Positions 59,841 to 64,000 of a stretch of DNA of 64,000 bases are shown piece after piece; the first letter of the stretch is position 1, and the number at the start of each line of letters is the position of its first letter. The DNA is from the human T2T-CHM13v2.0 reference genome, Homo sapiens: contig CP068257.2 of assembly GCA_009914755.4 (NCBI GenBank), forward strand, positions 27,296,001 to 27,360,000. Reading direction: 5' to 3'. The translations under genes were made by a program, and so were the position numbers. The notes beneath the pieces are model-generated. The model was not told the DNA's origin and searched no databases. It was given only the letters and a program-made list of their open reading frames with translations.

Positions 59841-60936
59841 TGCTTAGAGGGTAGGAAACTGGCGTGAATCATCAGAGGGGCAGTTTCACATAAGGGTAGC
59901 ATTAGAATGTTATGGTAGAGGCTGTGGGAAGATGGGAGTGTTTTAGACTTCCAACATGATGCAATCATCAGTATCACCTGGGCGTTTTTTAGAAAAGGCC
60001 AACTCGGGCCCCTCAGAACTCCTGAATCAGATCCTGCATTTTGACAGTATTCCCAAGTCTTGTTAAAATTTGATTACTGCTGTAGGCAATATTCTCTCTA
60101 AATCTCCCCTCCCCGTCCCCTTTTATTCATATTGAAACTGTTAACGTGCAGTTTAGGAAAGAGGATAATGTGGGAGTCCCTATTAAAATTTGAAATGTAC
60201 AAATCCTGTAACCCATTGATTGTGCGACTCAGAATCACACCAGAGAAACAAGTAAATGTGTGCTGGTTATTGTTTCTTGTCCACGCAGTCACCCTTTTAT
60301 ACTCAACTCCATGTTACTGGGGGGGCTTCTGCTAGATTCCACCAACAGGACGAACAAGAGGGAAACAAAGGCAAGAGGAAGAAGGGACTTGCTCCATTCT
60401 GTAAGCATCATGCCAGCAGCAGCTGCATTTTACCGTGGCAGGAGCAATTGCTTTAGCCAAAAGGTGGTTTTAATCTCCATCCTTTTTCCAACAATCACAG
60501 AATCAGCCTTATTGCACCCCTCAGAGATCACAGCAGCAGTCAGTGCTCTCCTCAGAGATCTGAATTCTACTTTCATGCGGCCCCTCCCCTGAGCTCCTGA
60601 GATAGCCAATGTTTGAGCCACCTCCTCAGAAGTTTGAGCCTCAACACCGTGGGATCCCTTCTTTGTGCTCCAGAGATCCAGTAACAGCCAGCCATCACCC
60701 TCTCTTCATTCTTCATAGGCCTGAACTAAGGTGTTCAGGGCCCTCCTTCAAGCTTTTAGGTTCTGATGACTCCAACCACTTCTTTTGTTCCATCCTTTCC
60801 TAGCTCTAGGAATGGTAGCTGCTACCTGCAGTGATTACCTGTTACCTTTTATAATTCCTTTTGACCAATTTCCCATATTAAAATATTTCTCAATAACTAA
60901 TGTGATTTCTGTTTTCCTGACTGGACCCTGATTTTA

Positions 60937-61255
<319 letters not shown>

Positions 61256-61494
61256 TTACAGGAGGTTCACAAAAACTTTATAATAGAAAGATAATTGTAA
61301 GCAACCTATGTCTATATATTGGAGAACTGCTAAATAAATTATATGTATTCAATAAGCTATTAGGCAACATTTAAGAATAAGGTTTATCTGAACACACATA
61401 GGAAGAATTCTAAGACACATTCTTAAATAAAAAGCAAATACCAATATATACAGTATGATACCATTTGTGTTTTTAAAACCCACAACACAATAAT

Positions 61495-61522
61495 ATATAT
61501 ATATATATATTTATGCATATAT
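61495..61522. repeat. (TA)n microsatellite
   Basis: 'atatatatatatatatatttatgcatatatatataat'. Confidence 0.8.
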
Positions 61523-61544
61523 ATATAATATAAATACAGAGAAT

Positions 61545-61921
<377 letters not shown>

Positions 61922-62029
61922 TTAGGGTTAAGAGTTATAGTCAAAGGAAATTAAGCCTTATCTGTAAGATTTTATTTTATACAAGGACAACATCTTCATG
62001 TATTAATTATGTAATTAAAAATCAACTCA

Positions 62030-62334
<305 letters not shown>

Positions 62335-63300
62335 TCAACAAATATTGTTTGTTTAAAATAAATCATTGGTTACATATATCATGGTACATTGGTTATACAA
62401 ATTGTAGTGTCCTCATTCTTGAGAGTTATACAATATAGCTGCAAACAGTTTAACACATTGGAAACACTACTAGATATCATGCCATTCACTGAAAATGTGG
62501 GTGTCACATATCAAAAATGCTACAGAAGGGGAAGATTAACATGTGCTTGAGTAGTCAGATAGGCTTTCCAAGCCAAAGCCCAAAGCTTGGAAAACATTAG
62601 GAAAAGTAAAATAAAAGGGAGAACATTCAAAATGGGGACGAGAGAGGGACAGAGACAGTGAGTTGGATTAGCATGGATTTCGGAAAGGACAGTCAAGAAT
62701 CTAGCCTAACTTCAGTGCAGACTTACCCAGGGGAAAAAAAAAAAAAAAACTTGAAGGACAAGACTGGAATGATTTTCTGTGCTCCTATTTACTAATTGTT
62801 TCCTAAATTTTGTCTGTTCTTGCTGGAAATATCTCTTCATTTCATTTCCTTGTATTCTGACGAGACTTTCCACCTTTTGCAACAGGGATCCATGCCTCTT
62901 GCCATGTTCCTCAACTACTCCAGGCCACACAGATCTCTCTTCGATTTTCCTAGGACATCAACTTATAACTGGTTTATTTTTTTACCCAGAAGTCAGTAGG
63001 ATATTACTGCTTTGGGAACTTGAAAATAGTCTCATTGATTTAACAGTTTCTCATGTTTAGATTTTCCAGCAAGTCTGTAAATCCTTTGAAGGTGAGGCTA
63101 TCTCCATGGTACTCTTAAACAGTGCCTGCCAAAGTAGATACCCGCAAATTTGTTTTAATTGATTCATACAAGGTTTTAGAAATCAGAAAATAATTGTTTC
63201 TATCAATACAGTAGGTGATAGGCAGAAAAGGTTTGGACAGAAGAACATTAAAAATAATGTTTAATTTTTGTCAAAATGTTAATGTTTATGTCAAGAAATG

Positions 63301-63600
63301 TCGGCTGGGTGCAGTGGCTCACGCCTGTAATCCCAATGCTTTGGGAGGCCAAGCCAGGAGGATTACCTCAAGTCAGGAGCTCGAGACCAGCCTGGCCAAC
63401 ATGGTGAAAACTTGTCTCTACCAAAAATACAAAAATTAGCCAGGCGTGGTGGTGCGTGCCTGTAATCCTACATACTCAGGAGTCTGAGACAGGAGAATCA
63501 CTTGAACCCACGATGCAGAGGTTGCACTGAGCTGAGGTCACACCACTGCACTCCAGCCTGGGCAACAGAGCAAGACTCTGTCTCAAAAGAAAAAAAGAAA
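63301..63600 (+). mobile_element. Alu SINE (+)
   Basis: 'ggctgggtgcagtggctcacgcctgtaatcccaatgctttgggaggccaagccaggaggattacctcaagtcagg...'. Confidence 0.9.
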
Positions 63601-63892
63601 AAAGAAATGTCAATACTTTTAAGGCCAAGATTATAAACTCTTCAGAAACCAGGTTGGGAGTTAAAAAAAAAAAAAAAAGAGACTTGAAACCCTCCCTTCT
63701 TCATTCATAATTATTAATATTATAAATTCTTGTTTTCACAGATTAAGAGTTACACATCAGAATTATAGCCTTTTTTCCCTAAGTAAATATTGGGCATGCC
63801 TTACAGAAGTCTGATGTTAAAATAATCTTACCCATCCAGACAAGTTTCTGAGGAGGAAAATCAGACATCAAGCACTTAAAAATATATTTCGG

Positions 63893-64000
63893 CTGGGCCA
63901 GGTGGCTCACACCTGTAATCCCAGCACTTTGGGAGGCCGAGGCGGGTGAATCATGAGGTCAGGAGATCTAGACCATCCTGGCTAACATGGTGAAACCCCA
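63893..64000 (+). mobile_element. Alu SINE (+), truncated by the window edge
   Basis: 'ggctgggccaggtggctcacacctgtaatcccagcactttgggaggccgaggcgggtgaatcatgaggtcaggagatctagaccatcctggctaacatggtgaaacccca'. Confidence 0.9.

Noticed and set aside
60132-60803. Unique-sequence + strand ORFs upstream of the LTN1 promoter (60132–60335, 60256–60592, 60609–60803), a possible divergent transcript
   Set aside because: Short, overlapping in different frames, no splice or Kozak support, and no recognisable domain; most likely chance ORFs in promoter-proximal DNA. A non-coding divergent RNA cannot be excluded from sequence alone.

Overview
This window is human genomic DNA, not prokaryotic. It is dense with Alu SINEs (about 40 copies) and also carries L1 fragments, a near full-length Tigger1 DNA transposon and a MIR. 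I found no defence island, CRISPR array, operon or other novel system. What it contains is the 5' two-thirds of the listerin E3 ubiquitin-protein ligase gene LTN1 (chr21q21.3) on the minus strand. I recognised LTN1 from the exon-1 peptide MGGKNKQRTKGNLR, the exon-2 peptide [68 protein letters not shown], and the 270-codon exon 10 ([18 protein letters not shown]...[17 protein letters not shown]).

I rebuilt the exon chain by reverse-complementing the sequence and demanding GT/GC–AG splice sites with codon-phase continuity between exons.
- Exons 1–10 (59524 down to 33090) match my recollection of the LTN1 protein and are high confidence. That recollection is not a database hit.
- Exons 11–16 (32625 down to 23479) are phase-consistent and medium confidence.
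- A further set of downstream exons (20097 down to 1810) is supported by long open frames and good splice signals, but their exon numbers are uncertain.
- Phase bookkeeping shows that at least two or three small exons in the gaps 23478–20098 and 18880–11315 (and possibly more) remain unfound.
- The gene runs off the left edge of the window.

The promoter is a TATA-less CpG island at about 59.5–59.85 kb carrying an ETS motif (CCGGAAGT), CCAAT/Y-box, CRE-like and E2F-like motifs.

Observations worth a second look:
- Two GC–AG introns with perfect GCAAGT donors.
- An in-frame upstream ATG in exon 1 that would add 46 residues.
- A 48-bp x ~5 minisatellite in the 9.8-kb intron 6.
- A young AluY with an intact target-site duplication, and a tandem Alu pair sharing a 15-bp flank.
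- A 2:1 excess of Alus antisense to LTN1.

Many entries in the supplied ORF track are Alu-derived or GC-rich antisense artefacts. The track also translates alternative start codons (TTG/CTG/GTG) as M.
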